From Ruminococcus sp. (GTDB lineage Bacteria > Bacillota > Clostridia > Oscillospirales > Acutalibacteraceae), in assembly GCA_017405065.1 (NCBI GenBank), contig JAFRBD010000003.1, forward strand, positions 4,962-68,961: DNA of 64,000 bases, in the 5' to 3' direction. The position numbers and the translations under genes are program-made. The notes beneath the pieces are model-generated. The model was given only the letters and a program-made list of their open reading frames with translations. It was not told where the DNA came from and made no database searches. Shown one piece after another: positions 19,309 to 27,253 of this stretch. How positions within the stretch are numbered: the first letter of the stretch is position 1; each line of letters starts with the position of its first letter.

Positions 19309-19485
19309 ATCTCTATAAACTTTCCGTATATTATGCTCGACCTTCTTGCGCGGGACCATGACCTCTCTGCCGCATTTCAGACATCGAATCTTGAAGTCCA
19401 TGCCGACGCGAAGGACAAGGAAACGGTTATTCCCGCAGGGATGGGGCTTTTTCATCATCAGTTCATCGTTGACACGGATATCCAT
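19282..19485 (-). CDS. DUF951 family protein
   Basis: MKKPHPCG...RVGMDFKIRCLKCGR. Confidence 0.9.
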   Translation of the reverse strand: MDIRVNDELMMKKPHPCGNNRFLVLRVGMDFKIRCLKCGREVMVPRKKVEHNIRKVYRDNEELGIRN

Positions 19486-19596
19486 AAAAACCTCTTATTA
19501 AAAGAATGGTGAAAGGAGAAATAAAAACGCTCATAAACGGAGCCTGAGGCAGAAAAACCATCCCAAAGGAAAGTGTTCTTTCATTCTCAGCTTTAT

Positions 19597-19625
19597 ATTA
19601 TACCATATATTGGTATGGATTGCAA
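19597..19625 (-). promoter_or_regulatory. Sigma-A promoter of the DUF951-prfA-sua5/coaE-slt operon
   Basis: TTGCAA-N17-TATAAT with extended TG. Confidence 0.6.
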
Positions 19626-19685
19626 ATGACGTTTCTGTCATAAAGCCCACATATTGTGAATTTACTGTAAACACTGCTCAACATC

Positions 19686-19714
19686 TTGACTACGGCATAC
19701 GGATGAAGTATAAT
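19686..19714 (+). promoter_or_regulatory. Sigma-A promoter upstream of the membrane protein at 20068
   Basis: TTGACT-N17-TATAAT. Confidence 0.7.
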
Positions 19715-19814
19715 GTAGATTGATAAATTGCAGTGTTTCGTGATCCGTTCCCGGTGTTCATCCTCTCAGCTAACCACTAAGTAGACGATGATTCATTCGG
19801 CGTTACAGTAACAG

Positions 19815-20001
19815 TGTCATTGCGAAGCCCAAAGCCGTCCTCTAATGAGGACGGTGCCGCAAAGCGGCAGGCTGTGGCAATCCCCTTCCTCTAAACGACT
19901 TAAACAGTAATCATTTGCTCCTATCCGGGGGATTCCCACGTCGGACAATCATAACAAAACCCTTCTCAATAAAAGGGATATTTGCCCTCCTCGGAATGAC
20001 A
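19815..20001. repeat. Palindromic element, family C (TGTCATTGCGA...GCAATC / GATTGC...TCGCAATGACA)
   Basis: Other copies: 37128-37244, 39170-39337, 43452-43572, 44249-44396 and 58888-59075; halves at 3793-3842, 22300-22340 and 36196-36234. Confidence 0.85.
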
Positions 20002-20067
20002 ACGAATAAGAAAACGGCATTAATCGCGCTTACCTAACCACTATTCACTGCCCACTGAGGTTACATT

Positions 20068-22128
20068 ATGGAAGATCAGTATTTTTCGATCAAACATCGA
20101 TTCGCTTTCGGAGCGGCGGTAGCGGCGTTTTTCACCTCTACCCTGCTGATCTACGCGCCGCTGTCGCTTTATGTCAGCGGCAACGACGAAATGTGGTTCA
20201 GCTTCCGCTCGCTGCTGTCGCCCGTATTCGTAGTATCGCTGATCGGGATGATCGTCATGACCGCCCTGTTGTCCCTGCCGAAACGCGGGATCCATAAGAT
20301 ACTTTGCTGTCTGGTGTTCGGCGTATCGCTCGGGCTGTATATCCAATGCGGCTTTTTTAATATCAGCTACGGCTCGGGCGTACTGGACGGCTCCCAGATC
20401 GCATGGAAGGACTATACCACCTACGGCGCGATCGACTCCGCGATGTGGGCGGCGTGTCTGGCGCTTCCGTTCGCGATCTACATGGTCTTCAAGCGCTCCT
20501 GGCGGCACATCCTGATGATATCCGCCATTTTCATCATCCTGATGCAGATCGGCGGGCTGTCCGTCAACCTCTACCAGAACCAGAATTCGCTGAACAAACT
20601 CAGCCATGAAGTCACAACAGACGGGATATACGAACTCAGCGAAGGCGACAACACGCTGGTGTTCATGCTAGGCTCAATGGACAAGAGCTACTTTGACGCA
20701 TACAAAGAGAACCATCCCGAAGTGAAAGATGAGCTGACGGGCTTCACCGAATACAGCAATGTGCTTTCCGCCGGCTCCGATTCGCTGGTGTCCGTGCCCG
20801 CGATGCTGACGGGAGAGGTCTACAAGAAGGATACCAAATACACGGATTACGTCAACAGCGTGTGGAACACCAACAATGTCTTTGACGTTCTGCAAAAAAA
20901 CGGTTCCGACGCGCGCGTGTATTCCGACGACAAATACTTCGGCAACGCCGCCGTACGCAAGGTAGAGAACATCGTTGACCGCGCGCAGGACAGCGAAGCG
21001 TACTGGGTCATCGGCAATACCATCTACCGCTATACCATGTACAAGGCGGTACCGCATTATCTCAAGCAGTTATTCTGGATGAGTCTCAACGACTACAGCT
21101 CGTTCAAATCCAACAGCACTTATAACCCCGACAACGACGAAAAGTTCTTCTCCGACTACGACGAGGCAGGCGGCTTCACTTATTCGGACGGGTACTCATC
21201 CGCCGTGCGCGTTTACAACATCAAGGGCGCCGAGGCGCCGTACCGCCTGACGTCGGAGGGCGAAAAAAACACCGAAGGCACCTCGCTGACAGAACAGGTC
21301 GAAGGCGACTTCCATTACGTCCTCAAAATGATCGGCGATCTCAAAGAAAACGATAAATACGACGACGCACGCATCATCATCACCGCCGACTGCGGCGATA
21401 CGGAGTACAACCAGCGTCCCGTCCTTCTGTTCAAGGAAAAAGGCGACAAAGATGATTACCGCGTCAGTTCGGCTCCCGTATCCCTCTTTGATCTGCCCGC
21501 GACATTAGCGAGTACGGTCACGGACGATTACAAGGACGTCGGCACCGGCAAAACCTTTAAGGATGATGAAAACGCCGCGTGGAACCGCAGACGCTTCTTC
21601 TACCTCAACACCGGCTCCAACGCGAAATCCCGCATCGAGGAATACAAGACCAACTCTCCCAAGATCGGAGCCGATGAACTGAAGCTGATCAACAGCTATT
21701 ATATCAACGGCGGCAAGGTAGACAACTACATTCTCGGCACCGAACTGACCTTCACCGAGGACGAGACCGCCGCGATGTACTGTCAGGAGGGCTTCGGTCA
21801 CACCAACGGCTGGCGCACCATCATCAACGGCAAAGATGCTGTCATGGAGATACCGATCGAGGATATCCCCGATAATCTTGAAGATCTGCACGCCTACTTC
21901 CATGTACTGAACACCTATGAGGAAACCCAGTGCGTCATCTCCGCCAACGGTGAAGAAGTCTACTCCGGCAGGCTGACCTCCGACGTTCGTCAGAACGGTC
22001 TGAACTTCCTGATCCCCACCGACGTCATCGGCAGAGATAAGACGGTACGCCTGACCTTCTCCTTCCCCGAGCTGAACGAGGATACAGACGTCATGGCGCT
22101 GACCTCGTTCAAGATCTACAAACAGTAA
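20068..22128 (+). CDS. Multi-pass membrane protein with an extracellular sulfatase/alkaline-phosphatase-like (LTA synthase-like) domain
   Basis: About 5 N-terminal TM segments, then SVPAMLTG and IIITADCG; some metal ligands look degenerate. Confidence 0.6.
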   Translation: MEDQYFSIKHRFAFGAAVAAFFTSTLLIYAPLSLYVSGNDEMWFSFRSLLSPVFVVSLIGMIVMTALLSLPKRGIHKILCCLVFGVSLGLYIQCGFFNISYGSGVLDGSQIAWKDYTTYGAIDSAMWAACLALPFAIYMVFKRSWRHILMISAIFIILMQIGGLSVNLYQNQNSLNKLSHEVTTDGIYELSEGDNTLVFMLGSMDKSYFDAYKENHPEVKDELTGFTEYSNVLSAGSDSLVSVPAMLTGEVYKKDTKYTDYVNSVWNTNNVFDVLQKNGSDARVYSDDKYFGNAAVRKVENIVDRAQDSEAYWVIGNTIYRYTMYKAVPHYLKQLFWMSLNDYSSFKSNSTYNPDNDEKFFSDYDEAGGFTYSDGYSSAVRVYNIKGAEAPYRLTSEGEKNTEGTSLTEQVEGDFHYVLKMIGDLKENDKYDDARIIITADCGDTEYNQRPVLLFKEKGDKDDYRVSSAPVSLFDLPATLASTVTDDYKDVGTGKTFKDDENAAWNRRRFFYLNTGSNAKSRIEEYKTNSPKIGADELKLINSYYINGGKVDNYILGTELTFTEDETAAMYCQEGFGHTNGWRTIINGKDAVMEIPIEDIPDNLEDLHAYFHVLNTYEETQCVISANGEEVYSGRLTSDVRQNGLNFLIPTDVIGRDKTVRLTFSFPELNEDTDVMALTSFKIYKQ

Positions 22129-22132
22129 AGAA

Positions 22133-22440
22133 AATTAGGAATGAGGAATGAGGAGTTAGGAGTTGTGGGAAACACTTTGTGTTTTGGATCAGTATACCAT
22201 GATATTACTTTATCGCTTATCACTCTTTGAATTGTAATAACGTCATAAACAGATAATGTCCGCAGCTCATTCACCGAGCCGCGGACATTTTTCGTTTGCT
22301 GTCATTGCGAGAGAATTTACGACCGTAGCAATCCCACAAAGCAGCGCACCGCCTTGTCTGTCACATCGAACGCCATGAAAGAAACAGGCGCGGGCAGCGC
22401 CCGCCAACAATTCCTCATTCCTAATTTCTACTTCCTAATT
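22133..22440 (-). repeat. Family A element, copy 7, with a nested family C half at 22300-22340
   Basis: GGGAAA-CACTTTGTG-TTTTGGAT...AGGC-GCGGGCAGCGCCCGC. Confidence 0.85.
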
Positions 22441-22499
22441 AAAAAGAAGAGCTGCCGCATTTCTGTAGCAGCTCATTCATCCGATCGATCGTTTGATGA

Positions 22500-23867
22500 T
22501 TATGACTCAACAACGTGTCCCTTTGCCTTGATGACCGCGATGACCTCATCGACATACTTCTCGCAGATCTCGTTCGAGTCCGCCTCGACCATCACGCGAA
22601 TAACAGGCTCCGTGCCGCTCTCGCGCACGATGATACGTCCGTTGTCGCCCAGTTCATCGGCAACTTTTTTGACAGCCGCCTGCACATCGGGATCGTTCCT
22701 TGCTTCGGGCTTTGACTTCACGCGCACGTTCTTCAACACCTGCGGATAGAAGACGCAGGGAGCCGCCAGCTCGGAGAGAGGCTTCTCCTTCGCGAGCATG
22801 ACCTCCATCACCTTCAAAGAGGTGAGGATACCGTCGCCGGTGGTAGCATACTTGCTGAAGATGATATGACCGCTCTGCTCACCGCCGATACGGTTGCCTT
22901 CTTCCACCATATTCTCATAGACGAATCTGTCGCCGACAGCCGTCTGGTTGTAGTCGATACCCGCTTTTTCGAGCGCCTTGTACAGACCGAAGTTGCTCAT
23001 GATCGTGGTGACGACCTTATTGTTCAGCAGCTTGCCGCGCTCTTTCATATACAGACCGTAGATATAGAGGATGTGGTCGCCGGTGACGAGATTGCCCTTC
23101 TCGTCTACGCACAGGCAGCGGTCAGCGTCGCCGTCGTAAGCAAAGCCAACGTCCAGACCCTTTTCAACGACAAACTGCTGCAGATGCTCGATATGAGTAG
23201 AGCCGCAGTCGGTGTTGATATTGTAGCCGTCGGGATTATCGTTCATGACGTAGGTCTTGGCGCCCAAAGCGTCAAAAACGCTCTTCGCGATCTGCCACGC
23301 CGCGCCGTTGGCGACGTCCAGACCCACCTTCACTCCCTTGAAGCTGTACTTGCTCATCGAGATCAGGTAGCCGATATAGCGGTTGCGTCCCGCAACGTAG
23401 TCGACTGTCCTGCCGATCTGCTCACGCTCCGCGACAGGGATATCTATTTTGCCGTCGATATACTCTTCGATCTTCATAAGGGTCTCATCCATCATCTTCT
23501 CGCCGTTTGCGTTGAGGATCTTGATACCGTTGTCATAGAACGGATTGTGGGAGGCGGAGATCATGATACCGCAGTCAAAATCATCGATGCGGGTGATATA
23601 CGCGACCGAGGGGGTAGTGGTGACGTGCATGATATACGCGTCCGCACCGCTCGCCATCAGACCCGTACACAGGGCGTACTCGAACATGTAGGAGGAGCGT
23701 CGGGTATCCTTACCGATCAGCACCTTTGCCTTTTTGCCCATATTCGCGCCGTAGTACCAGCCGAGGAAACGGCCGATCTTGATCGCGTGTTCAAAGTCCA
23801 GATCCTTGTTCGCTTCGCCGCGGAATCCGTCCGTGCCGAAATAATGAAGTTTACGTTCTTCTGCCAT
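22500..23867 (-). CDS. glmM: Phosphoglucosamine mutase
   Basis: Motifs FGTDGFRG, ISASHNP, DGDADR, GGEQSGH and RESGTEP. Confidence 0.96.
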   Translation of the reverse strand: MAEERKLHYFGTDGFRGEANKDLDFEHAIKIGRFLGWYYGANMGKKAKVLIGKDTRRSSYMFEYALCTGLMASGADAYIMHVTTTPSVAYITRIDDFDCGIMISASHNPFYDNGIKILNANGEKMMDETLMKIEEYIDGKIDIPVAEREQIGRTVDYVAGRNRYIGYLISMSKYSFKGVKVGLDVANGAAWQIAKSVFDALGAKTYVMNDNPDGYNINTDCGSTHIEHLQQFVVEKGLDVGFAYDGDADRCLCVDEKGNLVTGDHILYIYGLYMKERGKLLNNKVVTTIMSNFGLYKALEKAGIDYNQTAVGDRFVYENMVEEGNRIGGEQSGHIIFSKYATTGDGILTSLKVMEVMLAKEKPLSELAAPCVFYPQVLKNVRVKSKPEARNDPDVQAAVKKVADELGDNGRIIVRESGTEPVIRVMVEADSNEICEKYVDEVIAVIKAKGHVVES

Positions 23868-23873
23868 GCGTTT

Positions 23874-24530
23874 TTACCTCTTTTCTACGATTTCGCCGCT
23901 GTTCTTATAAATGCAGTTCTCGGGAACCACGCCTCGCACACAAGAGGTAGGATATACATTCGAGTGCCTGCCGATAACGGTGCCGGGGTTGCAGACGGCG
24001 TTGCAGCCGACTTCCACATAATCGCCCAGCATCGCGCCGAATTTTTTAAGTCCCGTCTCGATCTTCTCGGTACCGTTGTGTACAACGACAAGCTGCTTGT
24101 CGGACTTCACGTTGGAGGTGATGGAGCCCGCTCCCATATGGGAGAAGTAGCCGAGGATCGAATCGCCGACGTAGTTGTAGTGCGGGGTCTGGACATGATC
24201 GAAGAGGATCACGTTCTTGAGTTCCGCAGAGTTGCCGACCACGCAGTCCGCGCCGACCAGCGCCGAACCGCGGATGAAAGCGCACTGGCGCACCTCGGTG
24301 TTCGGGCCGATGATGCACGGAGCGCCTAAGTAAGCGGAGTCAAAGACTTTTGCGGTCTTATGCACCCACACCTGAGGCGCGATCTCGAGATAATCGTCGC
24401 CGAGTGTCGCGCCCAGCGCGACGATCATATCCTTGATACCCTTGAGCGCTTCCCACGGATAGGTGAACTGCTCGAGATAATCCTTGGCAAGCGTATGGTC
24501 AAGGTCATATAAATCCTTGATGGTATACAT
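23874..24530 (-). CDS. Stand-alone GlmU-like acetyltransferase (left-handed beta-helix) domain
   Basis: Hexapeptide repeats, HYNYVGDSILG, MGAGSITSN and KFGAMLGD; no N-terminal LAAG uridyltransferase domain. Confidence 0.8.
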   Translation of the reverse strand: MYTIKDLYDLDHTLAKDYLEQFTYPWEALKGIKDMIVALGATLGDDYLEIAPQVWVHKTAKVFDSAYLGAPCIIGPNTEVRQCAFIRGSALVGADCVVGNSAELKNVILFDHVQTPHYNYVGDSILGYFSHMGAGSITSNVKSDKQLVVVHNGTEKIETGLKKFGAMLGDYVEVGCNAVCNPGTVIGRHSNVYPTSCVRGVVPENCIYKNSGEIVEKR

Positions 24531-24533
24531 AAA

Positions 24534-25325
24534 TTATAATCTCTCTTTCTTTTCGATATCGAGGAAGTATTTGTAAGCGCCGACGGTCAGCTCGTCGCAC
24601 GCCGCCTCATCACAGGCGATGATCGCGCCGTTGTGCATCTGCAGCGCGGAACAGGTCCACTTGTGGCTGACGGAGCCTTCTACGGTCTCAGCCAGCGCCT
24701 TTGCCTTATTGTGACCGTTGATCAGGATCAGAACTTCTTTACTGTCGGTAACGGTACCTACGCCGACGGAAAGCGCCTGAGCGGGAACCGCCTCGGGATC
24801 GTTGCCGAAGAAGCGGGAGTTCACGATACGGGTGTCGGTAGTCAGATTGCGTACGCCGGTGCGGGACGCAAGGCTGGTAAACGGCTCGTTGAACGCGATA
24901 CGACCGTCAACGCCGATGCCGCCCATAAACAGGTCGATGCCGCCGTAAAAAGCGATCTTCTCTTCATATCTCGCGCACTCACCCTCGGGATCGTCGGTCA
25001 TGCCGTTGAGGATGTTGATGTTCTCGGGCTTCATGTCTACCAGATGATCAAAGAAGTTGTCGTGCATAAAGTACCAGTAGCTCTGGTCATGCTCGTGAGG
25101 CAGACCGAGGTATTCGTCCATGTTGAAGGTGACGACGTTGGCAAAGCTGACTTCGCCCGCCTTATTCATGCGGACAAGCTCCTTGTAAACTCCGATCGGC
25201 GAAGAACCGGTGGGCAGGCCCAGAACGAAGGGACGGTCCTCTTTATGGTTATTGATCTTGGCGGCGATATAGTTCGCGGCCCATTTACACATCTTATCGT
25301 AATTGTCCTGAATAACAACTCTCAT
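24534..25325 (-). CDS. nagB: Glucosamine-6-phosphate deaminase (His-to-Arg change in the active-site loop)
   Basis: Motifs VLGLPTGSSP, TFNMDEY, GIGVDGRIAFNEP and NSRFF. Confidence 0.93.
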   Translation of the reverse strand: MRVVIQDNYDKMCKWAANYIAAKINNHKEDRPFVLGLPTGSSPIGVYKELVRMNKAGEVSFANVVTFNMDEYLGLPHEHDQSYWYFMHDNFFDHLVDMKPENINILNGMTDDPEGECARYEEKIAFYGGIDLFMGGIGVDGRIAFNEPFTSLASRTGVRNLTTDTRIVNSRFFGNDPEAVPAQALSVGVGTVTDSKEVLILINGHNKAKALAETVEGSVSHKWTCSALQMHNGAIIACDEAACDELTVGAYKYFLDIEKKERL

Positions 25326-25424
25326 AGTATTCCTCCGAAATAAGTAATAAAATCAAAATAAAAAAGTGAACAGCAACGATCGTCTTTAGTCAGCGATCAT
25401 TCTTCGAAGCAAATCGATTCTTTC

Positions 25425-25533
25425 ATAGGAGCGACCGGCGGTCGTCCGCATGGCAGATGCCATCCTCCCCTATCAACCGTTTTCGACATAGAAAACGCCC
25501 GTCATTCTGCGGACGAGCAATGCTCGCCCCTAC
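25425..25533. repeat. GTAG-type REP doublet in the nagB leader
   Basis: ATAGGAGCGACCGGCGGTCGTCCGC ... GCGGACGAGCAATGCTCGCCCCTAC. Confidence 0.65.
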
Positions 25534-25747
25534 GATAACGATGTTCCCCTGTCACAGCTTCATTTTCACCATTCATACACAGCATCAAGAGAACCTCTGT
25601 TACGGTGTCGATTCCGCTTTTTCGTTTCTCTCTTACGACATGCCTACGCATTATATGTAAAATACCTTCCGAGTATTACGGGTCTTGCTTTTCAAGCCCG
25701 TCAAATGAAACCACCGCGCGTGATTTTGCGTGAGTTTGCGTATTTGC

Positions 25748-25815
25748 CGTGGCGGCATCCGCCGAATCTTTCGATAACCGCCAAACCTCGTCAACCGTTT
25801 CCGGTCCCGGCGCTA
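25748..25815 (-). ncRNA. glmS ribozyme (GlcN6P-activated), catalytic core P1-P2.2; 3' boundary uncertain
   Basis: Minus strand reads AGCGCC-GGG-ACCG(GAAA)CGGT-TGACGAGG-TT-TGGCGG-TTATCGAAAGATTCGGCGGATG-CCGCCA-CGG, matching the glmS core consensus. Predicted cleavage falls between 25814 and 25813. Confidence 0.92.
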
Positions 25816-25895
25816 ACAGACCTCTTGACCTCCTTCGAAAGGGCTGTTTTAGCTGATTGAGCGCATCATGCCAGAGTACGCACCAATCGTTAGAA

Positions 25896-25924
25896 ATTTT
25901 ACCACACCAAAGCGGAAAAGTCAA
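25896..25924 (-). promoter_or_regulatory. Sigma-A promoter driving the ribozyme-nagB-glmU'-glmM transcript
   Basis: TTGACT-N17-TAAAAT with extended TG. Confidence 0.75.
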
Positions 25925-25937
25925 TATAATTAAGCGC

Positions 25938-26143
25938 CAGGAATGAGGAATTAGGATGAGGAATTAGAAGAATTGACGGCGGGATACCCGCACCCGGTTT
26001 GTATGATAGACAGAAAACGATGTATAACAGAAATAACGCTTGCAGTTCATAGAGCCGCAAGCGTCGCTTTTATGCCGTTATACAAATCCAAAACGCGTCA
26101 GCGTTTCCCGAAATTCCTAATTCCTATTTCCTGATTCCTCATT
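25938..26143 (+). repeat. Family A element, copy 8 (after galE)
   Basis: GCGGGATACCCGC-ACCCGG...AATCCAAAA-CGCGTCAGCG-TTTCCC. Confidence 0.88.
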
Positions 26144-26145
26144 AA

Positions 26146-27153
26146 TCAGTATCCCTGCGGATTGTTCTTCTGCCAGTTCCAGCTGTCGCGGCACATCTCG
26201 TCGATGCCGTACTTCGCCGTCCAGCCGAGACCCTCCCTCGCCTTGGCAGGGTCGGCATAGCACTCTGCGATATCGCCCGGACGGCGCGGTTTGATATCAT
26301 AGGGGATATCGATGCCGTTCACACGCATGAAAGCGTTCACGATGTCCAGCACGCTGTAGCCGGTGCCGGTACCGAGGTTGAATATCTCGGTGCCTTTGTG
26401 CGAAGCCGCGTACTCGATCGCCTTCACATGACCCTGCGCCAGATCCACGACATGGATATAGTCGCGCACGCCGGTGCCGTCGTGGGTGGGATAGTCGTTG
26501 CCGAACACACCGAGACGGGGCAGCTTGCCGACCGCGACCTGTGTGATATACGGCATGAGGTTATTGGGGATACCGTTGGGATTCTCACCGATCAACCCGC
26601 TCTGATGCGCGCCGATCGGATTGAAATAGCGGAGCAGTACCACACTCAGCTCCGGGTCGGCGGCAGCCGCGTCGGTCAGGATCTGCTCGTTCATGTATTT
26701 CGTCCAGCCATAGGGATTGGTGCAGGAGGTCGGCATACCTTCTCTGAGCGGCACCTCTTCGGGAACGCCGTAGACGGTCGCGGAAGAACTGAATACAAAG
26801 TTATGCACACCGTGATCCTTCATCACCTCTAACAGCGTCAGGGTGGTGTCGATATTGTTGCGGTAGTAGCGCACGGGAATGGCGCAGCTCTCACCTACCG
26901 CTTTCAAGCCAGCGAAATGCACCACGGCGTCGAATTTCTCTGCCGCGAACATCTTGTCCACAGCAGCATTGTCTGCGACGTCCAGCTCATAGAACTTCGG
27001 ACGCTTGCCTGTGATGGTCTCGATACGGTCGAACACCTTGGGCGAGCTGTTGTCAAAGTTATCGGCAATAACTACCTCATAGCCTGCCTCGATCATTTCT
27101 ACGGCAGTATGACTGCCGATATATCCGGCGCCGCCGGTCAGTAATACTTTCAT
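26146..27153 (-). CDS. galE: UDP-glucose 4-epimerase
   Basis: Motifs TGGAGYIGSH, FSSSATVYG, YGWTK and LRYFNPIGAH. Confidence 0.97.
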   Translation of the reverse strand: MKVLLTGGAGYIGSHTAVEMIEAGYEVVIADNFDNSSPKVFDRIETITGKRPKFYELDVADNAAVDKMFAAEKFDAVVHFAGLKAVGESCAIPVRYYRNNIDTTLTLLEVMKDHGVHNFVFSSSATVYGVPEEVPLREGMPTSCTNPYGWTKYMNEQILTDAAAADPELSVVLLRYFNPIGAHQSGLIGENPNGIPNNLMPYITQVAVGKLPRLGVFGNDYPTHDGTGVRDYIHVVDLAQGHVKAIEYAASHKGTEIFNLGTGTGYSVLDIVNAFMRVNGIDIPYDIKPRRPGDIAECYADPAKAREGLGWTAKYGIDEMCRDSWNWQKNNPQGY

Positions 27154-27170
27154 GTTATCCTCCTTATCAT

Positions 27171-27253
27171 CGGTTACCGAGTACTAAGTACAGGTTACCG
27201 GTTGAAAACCCTATCAAAGCGACCGGTAACCCGTAACCGGTATCCGGTATCCG
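27171..27253. repeat. Core-less heptamer hairpin (GGTTACC / CCGGTAW) between capD and galE
   Basis: Directly visible; similar orphan arrays at 37261-37292, 40951-40980 and 45691-45769. Confidence 0.75.

Noticed and set aside
25676-25924. 82-aa minus-strand ORF over the ribozyme
   Set aside because: Its TTG start is the -35 box of the promoter and it has no RBS; the region is better explained by the glmS ribozyme.
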